From Pseudomonadota bacterium (GTDB lineage Bacteria; Bdellovibrionota_G; JALEGL01; DATDPG01): 61,008 nt of DNA. The DNA lies in NCBI GenBank assembly GCA_043809315.1, contig JAZDDX010000005.1, positions 1-61,008 on the forward strand, in the 5' to 3' direction. Numbering within the stretch: the first letter of the stretch is position 1; each line of letters begins with the position of its first letter. This document shows positions 8,835-18,216 of the stretch, piece after piece. The notes beneath the pieces were generated by a model. That model did no database searches. It saw nothing but the letters and a program-made list of their open reading frames with translations, and was not told the origin of the DNA. Both the position numbers and the translations under genes were made by a program.

Positions 8835-9718
8835 CGACCCGTCTCTTCATCCTCGTCGGCCCGACCGCCTCGGGGAAGACCGAGCTTGCTCTCGCGCTCG
8901 CGAAGAAGTTCCCGTTCGAAATCGTCAACGCCGATTCCCTTCAGATCTTCCGCCACCTCGATATCGGCACCGCCAAACCGACCCCCGAACAACTCCGTTC
9001 CGTGCCCCATCACCTGATCGATGTATTAGATCCACATGAACCCGCGACCGCCGCTTGGTACGCGAAGGAGGCAGTCCACACGATCGCCGGCATCGCGGGT
9101 CGAAACCATCTTCCGCTCGTAGTGGGTGGATCGGGATTCTACCTCCGCGCGATCGAGCACCCCCCGCAAGCGGAGGCGACCGACTTCGAAACGTCGGCGG
9201 TCTCCGAGAACGATTACGAGTTTCTGAAAACGAACGATCCGGAGGCGGCAAGAAAGATCCACCCGAACGACCGGTACCGGATCGGGCGCGCGGTCTCACT
9301 CCTTCGAAAGGGGGTCCACCCAAGCGAGCGGTGGGAGGCGGCCCGCAACGCCCCCTCCCCCTTCGAAACCCACTGGCTCGGAATCGATCTCCCCCGCGAT
9401 GGACTTCACCGACGGATCGATCGTCGCATGGAACGGATGTTTTCGGCCGGACTGATCGACGAAACACGCAACGTGCTGGAGCGTTTCCCGGCATCGGAGA
9501 AACGTCTCTCCCGATCGATCGGGTATGCGCAGGCGCTCCGCGTGGTCCGCGGAACGGCTCCTCTCGCCCCGATGATCGAGGAGGCGAAAGCCCGGAGCCG
9601 CCAGCTCGCCAAACGGCAGATCACCTGGTTCCGCCGGGAATCGCGTATCGCGTCGATTTCGGGTACAAATCTCTTTTCGGACGCGGTCCGGGAGATCGAG
9701 AGGGTGTTGACGCCATGA
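8831..9718 (+). CDS. miaA: tRNA dimethylallyltransferase
   Basis: GPTASGKT, DSLQIFRHLDIGTAKP, LAKRQITWFR; follows mutL. Confidence 0.97.
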   Translation: MTTRLFILVGPTASGKTELALALAKKFPFEIVNADSLQIFRHLDIGTAKPTPEQLRSVPHHLIDVLDPHEPATAAWYAKEAVHTIAGIAGRNHLPLVVGGSGFYLRAIEHPPQAEATDFETSAVSENDYEFLKTNDPEAARKIHPNDRYRIGRAVSLLRKGVHPSERWEAARNAPSPFETHWLGIDLPRDGLHRRIDRRMERMFSAGLIDETRNVLERFPASEKRLSRSIGYAQALRVVRGTAPLAPMIEEAKARSRQLAKRQITWFRRESRIASISGTNLFSDAVREIERVLTP

Positions 9719-10710
9719 AGATGTACCTCGAGTTCGAGAAGCCGATCGTCGAACTGGAGCGGAAGATCGAGGAGCTGCGCGAGTTCTCGAAAGAGAAGAA
9801 CGTCGACATCCACGATGAGATCAAGAAGCTCGACCGGAAGCTCGACAAGCTGGTTTCGGACATCTACTCGAACCTGACCCCCTGGCAGCGGACGCAACTC
9901 TCCCGCCACATGGAACGCCCCTACACGCTCGACTACGTCGAAGCGCTGTTCAAGAATTTTACGGAACTGTTCGGAGACCGGAACTATGGGGAGGACCCGG
10001 CGCTCGTCGGTGGCTTGAGCGAGTTCCGGGGGCAGACGGTGATGGTGCTCGGCCACCAGAAGGGGCGATCGACCAAGGAGAAGATCCGTCGGAATTTCGG
10101 AATGCCCCGCCCCGAAGGATATCGGAAGGCGTTGCGCCTGATGAGCATGGCGGAGCGGTTCCGGGTCCCGATCCTGACGTTCATCGACACCCCCGGAGCC
10201 TATCCCGGCATTGGTGCGGAGGAGCGCGGGCAGGCGGAGGCGATCGCCAAGAATCTCCTGGTGATGTCGGTTTTGAAGACGCCGATCCTCTCGATCGTCA
10301 TCGGCGAAGGGGGCTCGGGGGGAGCGCTCGGCATCGGTGTCGCCGATCGGATTCTGATGCTTGAATTTTCCATTTACTCGGTCATCTCGCCGGAGTCGTG
10401 CGCGGCGATTTTGTGGCGTGATTCGACGAAGGGGGAGCTGGCGGCTCGCGCCTTGCGATTGACGGCGCCGGAGATCTTCCGCCTCGGGATCGCCGACGAG
10501 CTGATCCCCGAGCCGAACGGCGGCTCGCACCGCGACTTTCCGGCGACGGCGGTGAAGGTCGGGGATGTGATCGAGCGTCACCTCGGCGAACTCAAGAAGT
10601 ACTCCCCGGACGAGCTGATCCAGCGCCGTTACGACAAGTATCGGAAGATGGGGGTCTTCTATACCGGCGTCTCGACCGCCTCCGCCGCTTCCGCCCCCGC
10701 GATCGGGTGA
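9715..10710 (+). CDS. accA: acetyl-CoA carboxylase carboxyltransferase alpha
   Basis: YLEFEKPI, RNFGMPRPEGYRKALRLM, GEGGSGGALG; ATG at 9715 overlaps miaA stop. Confidence 0.97.
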   Translation: MKMYLEFEKPIVELERKIEELREFSKEKNVDIHDEIKKLDRKLDKLVSDIYSNLTPWQRTQLSRHMERPYTLDYVEALFKNFTELFGDRNYGEDPALVGGLSEFRGQTVMVLGHQKGRSTKEKIRRNFGMPRPEGYRKALRLMSMAERFRVPILTFIDTPGAYPGIGAEERGQAEAIAKNLLVMSVLKTPILSIVIGEGGSGGALGIGVADRILMLEFSIYSVISPESCAAILWRDSTKGELAARALRLTAPEIFRLGIADELIPEPNGGSHRDFPATAVKVGDVIERHLGELKKYSPDELIQRRYDKYRKMGVFYTGVSTASAASAPAIG

Positions 10711-12014
10711 TCGTTCCGGAACGCGATGATCCGCTTCTCGAACAGTTTGAAATCCTCTTTCGGAACGAGCGACGTGCAGATCCGGACCCCTTCCGACCTC
10801 GTGCTCGAAGAGATCGTCAGCGTCGTCACCGAGATCCCGTAGTAGAGAAGCTCCCTCAACAATTGCCCGCCGGTTAGGCCCGGGTAGGACACCGTGAAAT
10901 AGAATCCGTCCGAGAGCGGCTCCCCGAGGTCGTCGGCGTAGACGAGCTGGAACCCGTACTTGCGCATGATCGCTTTGAGCTCTTTCGCCCGTTCGGCATA
11001 GACCGACGTCGCGCGCAAGAAGTTGTAGTCTCCGCGGTTCGCCTTCGAGAGAAGCGCCGTCAGACCATGCTGTGGGGACTGTGCCACTCCCGAGGTGATC
11101 CCGTAGAGCGCCCCCCAGACGAACGCGTCGAAAAACGTCCGGTAGCCGTATCTCTTCTCCAACCCGTCATATTCCCGCTTTGCGAGCTTCGGCGAAATCG
11201 CCGTCAGCGCAATCCGCTGACCGGCGTAGCTGAAGATCTTCGAGCTCGAGAGCACGATCACGTAGTTGTCGGTGTGCCGTCCGATCGTCGGCGGAAACGG
11301 CGGCTGCCCTGGGATCGAGTAATCGACGCGGGAGTCCATCGCGAAATAGGCGGCATCCTCGATCGCGACCACATCGTACTGCGTGCAGATCCTCCCGAGT
11401 TCCTTTAATTCCTCTTCCGTGAAAATCAGCCAGGCCGGGTTGTTCGGGGAGGCGAAGAGGATCCCCCCGATGTCACCAGCGGCACACAACTGTTCGACGT
11501 TCTTGAGCCAGTTTCCACGGTCGTAGATGTCGACCGACGCTTCTTTGAGCCCCAGAAACTTCACCTGCGTCCGGTAGACGGCAAAGGTCGGATCGATGAA
11601 GAGGATTTTGTCCCGTCCCGGATGGCAGAACCCCGCAATCGCCTGCGAGAGAAAGGTTCCCTGCATCGCCCCAACGGTCGGAATCACGAACTCCCCCGGG
11701 ATCTCGAGGTCCATGAACAGCTTGAAAAAGCGGCTCCCCTCCTCCTTGAGCTGCGGAATGCCGGTCAGGAGCGCGTAGGAACTGGCCACCTTGGGCTTGC
11801 GAAGGGCCCCGATTTCCGCCTCGATCCCGATCGGGCTCGGTTCGATCCCCGGGATCCCGAACTCCATCCGGAGGTACCGGCACCCGATCCGCTTCTCGAC
11901 CTCCGCCACCACCATGGCGATCCGGCGGATCGCGGCGGTTTCCGGATTGACCCGGAACTCTTCGATCACGGAATCGACGATGGAACGGTCAAACGGGGCT
12001 TCAACGTAAGTCAT
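10659..12014 (-). CDS. PLP-dependent class I/II aminotransferase
   Basis: RMEFGIPG, SPNNPAW, EDAAYFAMD, SSSKIFSYAGQRI (PLP lysine); ATG at 12014. Confidence 0.9.
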   Translation of the reverse strand: MTYVEAPFDRSIVDSVIEEFRVNPETAAIRRIAMVVAEVEKRIGCRYLRMEFGIPGIEPSPIGIEAEIGALRKPKVASSYALLTGIPQLKEEGSRFFKLFMDLEIPGEFVIPTVGAMQGTFLSQAIAGFCHPGRDKILFIDPTFAVYRTQVKFLGLKEASVDIYDRGNWLKNVEQLCAAGDIGGILFASPNNPAWLIFTEEELKELGRICTQYDVVAIEDAAYFAMDSRVDYSIPGQPPFPPTIGRHTDNYVIVLSSSKIFSYAGQRIALTAISPKLAKREYDGLEKRYGYRTFFDAFVWGALYGITSGVAQSPQHGLTALLSKANRGDYNFLRATSVYAERAKELKAIMRKYGFQLVYADDLGEPLSDGFYFTVSYPGLTGGQLLRELLYYGISVTTLTISSSTRSEGVRICTSLVPKEDFKLFEKRIIAFRNDHPIAGAEAAEAVETPV

Positions 12015-12077
12015 GGCGACCGATTTATATCTCGAAAATCCTTGGGGAGAGAGGGGAATCTTCATTAGGCTATCCCG

Positions 12078-13616
12078 GTGAAGTTCTCGCTTCGGACCAA
12101 AATCGTCGCCACCTACGGGATCCTCTCGGCCCTCTTCATTTTGATCCTCGTCAGCGGTCATTCTCAACTCCGCGAAATCGCTCTCCGCCTCGACCTGATC
12201 CAGCTCGGGTACCTCCCGATCACGAAGACCGTCAACTCGTTCGGCAACTTCAACCATTCGTTCGGCAACTTCAACCATCTGAACGAGTCGTTCGACGTCG
12301 CGAAGATCGTCGCGAACCGGGAAAACCGCCTCTTCATCGACTCGATCTCGATCACGAACCCGAGGCTGATGGAACAGGGCCTCCGGAAGGGGTTGGCCGA
12401 CGCCCGGGCCGCGCTTCGAAACAGCTCCTCCCCGCAGCAGGAACAGGCTCTCGACCGGGTTGGGATCCTCGTGAACCGCTTCCTCGAGGCACACCGCGCG
12501 TACGTCCGGATCTTGATCGCCGCGCTGGAGGATGTCCGAAGCGACCGGGTCCCGCAGGCGCTCGGGCGAAACGACACCTTGTTGGAGCAGAAGCGGAAAG
12601 TTCACACACAACTCGACCTCCTCTCGCGGAAGCTCGACGAGCTGATCCGCGACGGAATCCGGGACACGGTAAAGGAGGAACAGTTCGCCGTGAGACTGGT
12701 TCTCTTCCTTTCCGTCCTCACGATCGGGTTGGCGATCCTGATCGGCTGGATGGCGATCCGGGCGCTTCGTCCGCTCGCAAGGCTCAAGCAGGCAGCGCGG
12801 GAAATCGCCGCTGGAGAGCTTGAGAAGCGGGTTCAGATCCAAACGGCGGACGAGGTAGGAGACCTGGCCACGGAGTTCAACCGGATGGCCGATTCGATCC
12901 AGCAACGGGACGCGGCGATCCGGCAAAGCCAGGAGAAGCTCCTGCAGTCGGAAAAGATGGCGGTGGTCGGGCGGATGGCGGCCAAGATCAGTCACGAGGT
13001 GAAGAACCCGTTGAACTCTCTGGGGCTCAACATCGAGCTTCTCGAGGAAGAGATCCAGAGCGAAGAGGGGCGCAAGACCCTCAAGGCGATGTCGACCGAG
13101 ATCGACCGCCTAAACCAGGTGGCGGAAGGGTACTTGAGCCTGGCCCGCGGCCGGCGGCCGCTGGCGGAGCTCACCGACCTGAACAAGGTACTTTCGCATC
13201 TCGAAACGCTCGTCCGCGCGGAATGCGAGGAAAAAGGGATCGCCATCGAGATCGAGGCTCCGCCGGAGCTTCCTCTCCTTCATGTCGACGTCACACGCCT
13301 CGAGCAGGCACTCTTGAACCTCGCGCGGAATGCGATCGAGGCGCTTCGAAGCGGCGGAAAGCTTGGTGTCCGGATCGCGCGTGAAAACGGCGGCATCCGC
13401 CTCGAGATCTGGGACAACGGCCCCGGGATCCCCCCCGAGATCCTGCCGCACATCTTCGAGCCGTTCTACACGACGAAAGACAAGGGGACCGGACTCGGGC
13501 TCGCGATCACGAGCGAGATCGTCCGGGCCCAAGGGGGGACGATCGAATGTCGAAGCACGATCGGCGAAGGATCGTCGTTTTTAGTCCGCCTCCCGATCAA
13601 ATCTCATGACGTTTGA
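12078..13616 (+). CDS. HAMP-domain sensor histidine kinase
   Basis: Two TMs, HAMP (DEVGDLATEFNRM), H-box SHEVKNPL, NAIEA, DNGPGI, GTGLGL. Confidence 0.95.
   Translation: MKFSLRTKIVATYGILSALFILILVSGHSQLREIALRLDLIQLGYLPITKTVNSFGNFNHSFGNFNHLNESFDVAKIVANRENRLFIDSISITNPRLMEQGLRKGLADARAALRNSSSPQQEQALDRVGILVNRFLEAHRAYVRILIAALEDVRSDRVPQALGRNDTLLEQKRKVHTQLDLLSRKLDELIRDGIRDTVKEEQFAVRLVLFLSVLTIGLAILIGWMAIRALRPLARLKQAAREIAAGELEKRVQIQTADEVGDLATEFNRMADSIQQRDAAIRQSQEKLLQSEKMAVVGRMAAKISHEVKNPLNSLGLNIELLEEEIQSEEGRKTLKAMSTEIDRLNQVAEGYLSLARGRRPLAELTDLNKVLSHLETLVRAECEEKGIAIEIEAPPELPLLHVDVTRLEQALLNLARNAIEALRSGGKLGVRIARENGGIRLEIWDNGPGIPPEILPHIFEPFYTTKDKGTGLGLAITSEIVRAQGGTIECRSTIGEGSSFLVRLPIKSHDV
12237..12278. repeat. 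perfect 21-bp tandem duplication inside the kinase sensor domain
   Basis: TCGTTCGGCAACTTCAACCAT x2 (SFGNFNH x2). Confidence 0.9.
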
Positions 13617-14841
13617 AGAAACGCTTCACTATCTCCACGAGCTCGGGGAATCCCGAATGCGGCTCGATCTCGAGCCGACGCAAAAACTGTTGGATCTTCT
13701 GGGGCGCCCGGACCGTTCGCTTCGATCGGTCGTTGTATCCGGTACGAACGGAAAAGGCTCGACCTGCGCCTTCTTGACCGCGATCGCCAAGGCATCGGGA
13801 AAACGGGTCGGGACCTACACCTCCCCCCATCTCACTTCCCCCGTGGAACGGATCGCGATCGACGGCGTACCGGTGGATGAAGCGACGTTCGCGGAGGTCA
13901 CGTCCGAGTTGGCTGCCCTCATCGCTCGAACGAACTTTGGAACGATCACGTATTTCGAGTTCCTGACGATCCTGGCGGTTCTGATCTTCCAGCGAATCGG
14001 CGTCGATCTCGCGATCTTTGAAGTCGGACTCGGCGGCCGGCTCGACACAACGAACGCGCTGGAACGAGTCGGCACGATCACGACGACGATCGACTACGAT
14101 CACACGGCGATTCTCGGAACAACGCTTGCGGAGATCGCGAGGGAGAAAATCGCCATTGTACGCGAATCGCTACCCGCGGTTGTGGGAGAACAGCCTTTGG
14201 AGGCGAGGGAGAAGATCTTCGACTTCGTCGCGGCCTTGGGCGCGAGGAGAATTTACCTTGGAACGGAGTTCCACGGTCTGGGGGGATGGAAAACGTTCCG
14301 CTACCGTTCAACGGCCTATGAAGTCGGACCGATTGAGTTGTCGCTCCGCGGGGATCATCAGGTCGGAAACGCGGCCTGTGCTGTCGCGATGGCCAGAGAA
14401 CTGGGTTTGAACGCAATCGAGGAGGGACTTCGGTCGGCGGTTCATCCGGCTCGTCTGGAGCGGTTCATGGTTCGCGGGAAGGAAGTATGGCTCGATGTCG
14501 CGCACAATCCTGCGGCAGCGCGACGCCTGACGGAGTTCTTCCGCTCCGAGAAACTTGCGCCGGTCGACCTGGTGATCGGAGTTCTGGGGGACAAAGATTG
14601 GAAAGGGATCACGGAGGCGCTTCTGCCGATTTCGAAATCGGTCACGCTCTGTAAGCCGAATTCGTCTAGGGCCTGGGAGCCAGCTCTAGTGAGAAGCGAG
14701 CTTGGGCTCGTGATGAATCTACCTGTTTGCGTGGTCGAAACACCGGTCAACGCATTTCGAGAGGTCGTCGAACGATCGGAGCGGGTGCTTTGTACGGGGT
14801 CGTTCTACGTCGTGGGAGAGATCCGAAGAGAGCTGGCTTAG
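13606..14841 (+). CDS. folC: folylpolyglutamate synthase/dihydrofolate synthase
   Basis: GTNGKGS, YTSPHL, EVGLGGRLDTTN, DVAHNP, GSFYVVGE. Confidence 0.96.
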   Translation: MTFEETLHYLHELGESRMRLDLEPTQKLLDLLGRPDRSLRSVVVSGTNGKGSTCAFLTAIAKASGKRVGTYTSPHLTSPVERIAIDGVPVDEATFAEVTSELAALIARTNFGTITYFEFLTILAVLIFQRIGVDLAIFEVGLGGRLDTTNALERVGTITTTIDYDHTAILGTTLAEIAREKIAIVRESLPAVVGEQPLEAREKIFDFVAALGARRIYLGTEFHGLGGWKTFRYRSTAYEVGPIELSLRGDHQVGNAACAVAMARELGLNAIEEGLRSAVHPARLERFMVRGKEVWLDVAHNPAAARRLTEFFRSEKLAPVDLVIGVLGDKDWKGITEALLPISKSVTLCKPNSSRAWEPALVRSELGLVMNLPVCVVETPVNAFREVVERSERVLCTGSFYVVGEIRRELA

Positions 14842-17237
14842 TTCGAACTCGGCGGTCGGACGTCGGAGAACGGGTTTCCGGCGCTCTTGGACGACGGCGG
14901 TTTGGAGCCGCGGCGCGGGCGGGGAGCCTGCTCCTCGTCCTCCTGGAAATCGCTCTGGACCGTTTCGGTCTTCTTGACCCTACCGGATGGCCGACGCTGA
15001 ACGACTTCCTCGTCCGACGTCGACGGTTTCGTCTCCTCGTCGTCGAGGCGGTCGAGATTGTATCTCCGCTTCGGCTTTACATCCTCCCGCTCCGATTTCT
15101 TCGGCGGCGGGGCCATGTTGAGCCCGCTCTCCAGGTCGTAGTCGTACAACGCCCGGTTTTCGCCGATCCCCTGGACCTTGTTGAACCTACGACGCTCGGC
15201 GTTCTTCCGGACCGAAACGCGCGTCATATCGGCCGGCTCGTGGATCACGTGCGGGGTCAAAAAGATCATTAGGTTGATCTTCTCTTTCGAAACCGCCGTC
15301 TGCCGGAACAGGTACCCGAGGACCGGGATGTCCCCCAAGAGCGGGACCTTGCTGACCGTTTTCGAATCCTTGTCCTTGATCAGACCGCCGATGACGATCG
15401 TCTGACCGTTCTGCGCGATCACCGTCGTCTTCGCCGTCCGTTCGGAGGAGGCGACATCCCCGAACATCGCCTTGGAATCGGGGATCAGGTCCTGGATCTT
15501 CTGCTCGATCTCCAGGGTCACTTCATCCCCTTCGTTGATCTGCGGGGTGACGGAGAGTTGAATCCCGATCTTCTGGCGGCTGAAGTTCGTGACCGGCTTC
15601 CCCTGCGTGTCGGCGTATTCGTTCGTCTTCATCGGGACATCCTGTCCGACGAGGATCTCGGCCTTCTTGTTGTCGGCCGTCAGGATGTTCGGCGCCGAGA
15701 GGACGTTTACCGCCCCTTGCTGCTGCAACGCCCGGAAGACCGCTCCCTGAATCGGGATCGTCACGTTCGTCCCCGGGATCTGTACGGTCTGTCTGCTGAA
15801 GCCGCCCAGAACCAGTCCTTGTCCCTGGCCCATCATCGCTCCGGCCGCCTCCCCCGCCGCTTTCCCGCCCAAGCCAGCCAATCCAAGGGGTGACGCCGCG
15901 CTCAAGTTCGTCATGCCGAACATCGACATACTCCCCGACTGCCCTCCTCCGCCGCCCGAGAGACCGACGTCGACCGTCTTCGAGATGTTCACCTCCATGA
16001 TCAGCGCCTCGACGAAGACCTGCGGGCGCCGGACATCGAGCTGCTCGATGATCGGCTCGATCGTCGTGTAATCGTTCGGCGAGGCCGTGATCACGAGAGC
16101 ATTGATCGAAGTGTCGGCCACCACGCGCACTTCGCTTTCGAAGAGTTGCGCGGAGCCCCCCTCTTTCACCTTCGCCGAGGTAAAGGACGAATTCTCATTG
16201 CTGCGACCGGAATCGGAATCCCCCGACGAACTTTCCCCTTGCGACTCCCACGGAAGCGGGGCGGCCTGACCGAATCCGCGTTTTTCTGCGGAGGTCTGTT
16301 TCTTCTCTTTCTTCTTTTTCGCCCCTTGGCCGGTCAGCAGGTTCCCCAGGAGATCGCCCAGCTCCTCGGCGTTCGCATGTTTCAGGTACTTCACGTGGAT
16401 CCGGCCGCGATCGAGCGCAATTTCCACCTTGCGGTCCAGTTCACCGACGATGTCGAGAACCCGGCCTAACCCCTCGCGGGTCGCCATCACGACGAGCGAG
16501 TTCGTCCGCATGTCGGGGATGATCTTGGAGATCGCGTCCCCCCCCGCAACGTCGTCCGACCGGCGCCGGGTCGAGGTGGTCTTCTCTTTCTCGAAGATCG
16601 TCGTCAGCTTGTCGGCGATGTCGTCGGCCTGCGCGAACTTCAAGGGGATGATCTCAACGGACGACTGGAACCCCTGCTTGTCGAGCTTCTGGATGATCTT
16701 CATGAGGCGCGAGATGTTCGACGCCGAGTCGGTCAGGATCAACGCGTTGGTCGGGCCGTACGCCACGATCGAACCGGTGCGCGACACCATGCCGTTCAGC
16801 GCCTGACGGATCTCGTTGGCGCTGATGAACTGAAGGGGGATCAGGCGCGTGACGACCTGGTCGCCGTAATTCGTCTCATTCCCCGACAGGAACGGAACCG
16901 GGTTCGCCGGCGCTTCGCGCTCCGGGATAATCTTGGTGACCTTACCGGTATCAACGGTCGTGAGCCCCTTCGTCCGCAACGCCGAGATGAACGCCTGATA
17001 CGCTTCCTCGATCGTGACTGGGTTCGGGGAGATGATCGTGACCTTCCCGCGGACATGATCGTCGAGGATGAAGTTCTTCCCCGTGATCTCGGAGATCGCT
17101 TTGACGACGTCCGAAATATCGACGTCGTGGAAATCGAGCGAGACGGTCCCGCCGGTTTTGGGGAGCGACGGTTTGCTCTGCGCGTACGCGGCGGAGATCA
17201 AAAGAAGAGAAGCCAGGATGGCGGTCGTAAACCTCAT
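14838..17237 (-). CDS. gspD: orphan T2SS secretin GspD (second copy)
   Basis: Signal peptide; N0 LDFHDVDI...TGKNFILD; QLDVRRPQVFVEALIMEV; KVPLLGDIPVLGYLF. Confidence 0.93.
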   Translation of the reverse strand: MRFTTAILASLLLISAAYAQSKPSLPKTGGTVSLDFHDVDISDVVKAISEITGKNFILDDHVRGKVTIISPNPVTIEEAYQAFISALRTKGLTTVDTGKVTKIIPEREAPANPVPFLSGNETNYGDQVVTRLIPLQFISANEIRQALNGMVSRTGSIVAYGPTNALILTDSASNISRLMKIIQKLDKQGFQSSVEIIPLKFAQADDIADKLTTIFEKEKTTSTRRRSDDVAGGDAISKIIPDMRTNSLVVMATREGLGRVLDIVGELDRKVEIALDRGRIHVKYLKHANAEELGDLLGNLLTGQGAKKKKEKKQTSAEKRGFGQAAPLPWESQGESSSGDSDSGRSNENSSFTSAKVKEGGSAQLFESEVRVVADTSINALVITASPNDYTTIEPIIEQLDVRRPQVFVEALIMEVNISKTVDVGLSGGGGGQSGSMSMFGMTNLSAASPLGLAGLGGKAAGEAAGAMMGQGQGLVLGGFSRQTVQIPGTNVTIPIQGAVFRALQQQGAVNVLSAPNILTADNKKAEILVGQDVPMKTNEYADTQGKPVTNFSRQKIGIQLSVTPQINEGDEVTLEIEQKIQDLIPDSKAMFGDVASSERTAKTTVIAQNGQTIVIGGLIKDKDSKTVSKVPLLGDIPVLGYLFRQTAVSKEKINLMIFLTPHVIHEPADMTRVSVRKNAERRRFNKVQGIGENRALYDYDLESGLNMAPPPKKSEREDVKPKRRYNLDRLDDEETKPSTSDEEVVQRRPSGRVKKTETVQSDFQEDEEQAPRPRRGSKPPSSKSAGNPFSDVRPPSSN

Positions 17238-17253
17238 GCCTCTTCATTGTAAG

Positions 17254-17268
17254 GCAAGGGGCGTGCCG
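17254..17268 (-). promoter_or_regulatory. sigma54 -24/-12 promoter of orphan gspD
   Basis: Minus strand CGGCACGCCCCTTGC, 16 bp upstream of ATG. Confidence 0.75.
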
Positions 17269-17360
17269 AAGCAGAGTCTTATTAACTGCCTTGATTTGCT
17301 CTTGTTTTTGCGTCGCGTTATGTCTCTTGGATGCCGAAAAATCGGCGCTGCGACAAATAC

Positions 17361-18140
17361 TTACCTACCCTGGATCGCCTCGACCATCCGGACGACACGG
17401 ACCGTCGGACCGACGTCGTGGACCCGGAGCATCGAAGCTCCGTTCCAGGTGGCGATCGCGGCTGCGGCGAGGCCCCCCTCGAGCCTCTCCCCCACTTCGA
17501 GATCGAGCACTTTTCCGATGAACGATTTTCTCGAAGCACCGACCAAGATCTGGCAACCGAGTGTGCGAAACTCCGACAGACGCCGAAGGATCTCCAGGTT
17601 CTGCTCGACGCTCTTTCCGAACCCGATCCCGGGGTCGAGGATCACGTTCTCCTTCAACCCGATCTCGACGAGCCGTTGCTCGAAGAAACGGATCAGGTCC
17701 TTCACGACGTCATCATAGTGAAAGTCCTGTTGCATCGTCCGCGGTTCACCGAACATGTGCATCAGAACAACCGGGAGTTTTGTCTCGCGGACGACCTTGA
17801 CCATTTCAGGATCGCGTAGGCCGCGCACGTCGTTCACCATCCGGATCAACCCTTCCGCGGCCGCGGCGTGAACGATCGCTGGCTTCGATGTGTCGAGCGA
17901 GATCGGGACCGGGAACCGTTCCCGAGCAAGGCGGGTGAGAATCGGCCAGAGCCGCTCGCGCTCCGTCGCTTCATCCACCCCATCCGAACCGGGGCGCGTG
18001 CTTTCGGCTCCGATGTCAATCCAGTCGGCCCCCTCCTCCTTCATTTGGAAGGCCCGCTCGACCGCCTTCCCCGGGTCGAAGAATTTCCCCCCGTCCGAAA
18101 ACGAATCGGGCGTCACATTCAATATCCCCATCACCTGCAT
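17361..18140 (-). CDS. folP: dihydropteroate synthase
   Basis: MGILNVTPDSFSDGG, ESTRPG, DPGIGFGK, SRKSF, RVHDV; ATG at 18140. Confidence 0.97.
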   Translation of the reverse strand: MQVMGILNVTPDSFSDGGKFFDPGKAVERAFQMKEEGADWIDIGAESTRPGSDGVDEATERERLWPILTRLARERFPVPISLDTSKPAIVHAAAAEGLIRMVNDVRGLRDPEMVKVVRETKLPVVLMHMFGEPRTMQQDFHYDDVVKDLIRFFEQRLVEIGLKENVILDPGIGFGKSVEQNLEILRRLSEFRTLGCQILVGASRKSFIGKVLDLEVGERLEGGLAAAAIATWNGASMLRVHDVGPTVRVVRMVEAIQGR

Positions 18141-18199
18141 TCGGGGGACACAATACGCATTTCGGCGTGGGGCAGGAAATAGGTATTGTGTCCCCCGAA
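18140..18199. repeat. inverted pair of the REP-like repeat (REPIN-like hairpin)
   Basis: TTCGGGGGACACAATAC (18140-18156) and GTATTGTGTCCCCCGAA (18183-18199): perfect 17-bp inverted repeat. Confidence 0.85.
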
Positions 18200-18216
18200 A
18201 TGCTAAAGTGAGACGG

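Noticed and set aside
12015-12995. N-terminal extensions in the ORF track for the aminotransferase, accA, folP, the NtrC regulator, mreB and gspN
   Set aside because: They overlap neighbouring genes; family homology begins at the downstream starts used in the feature list
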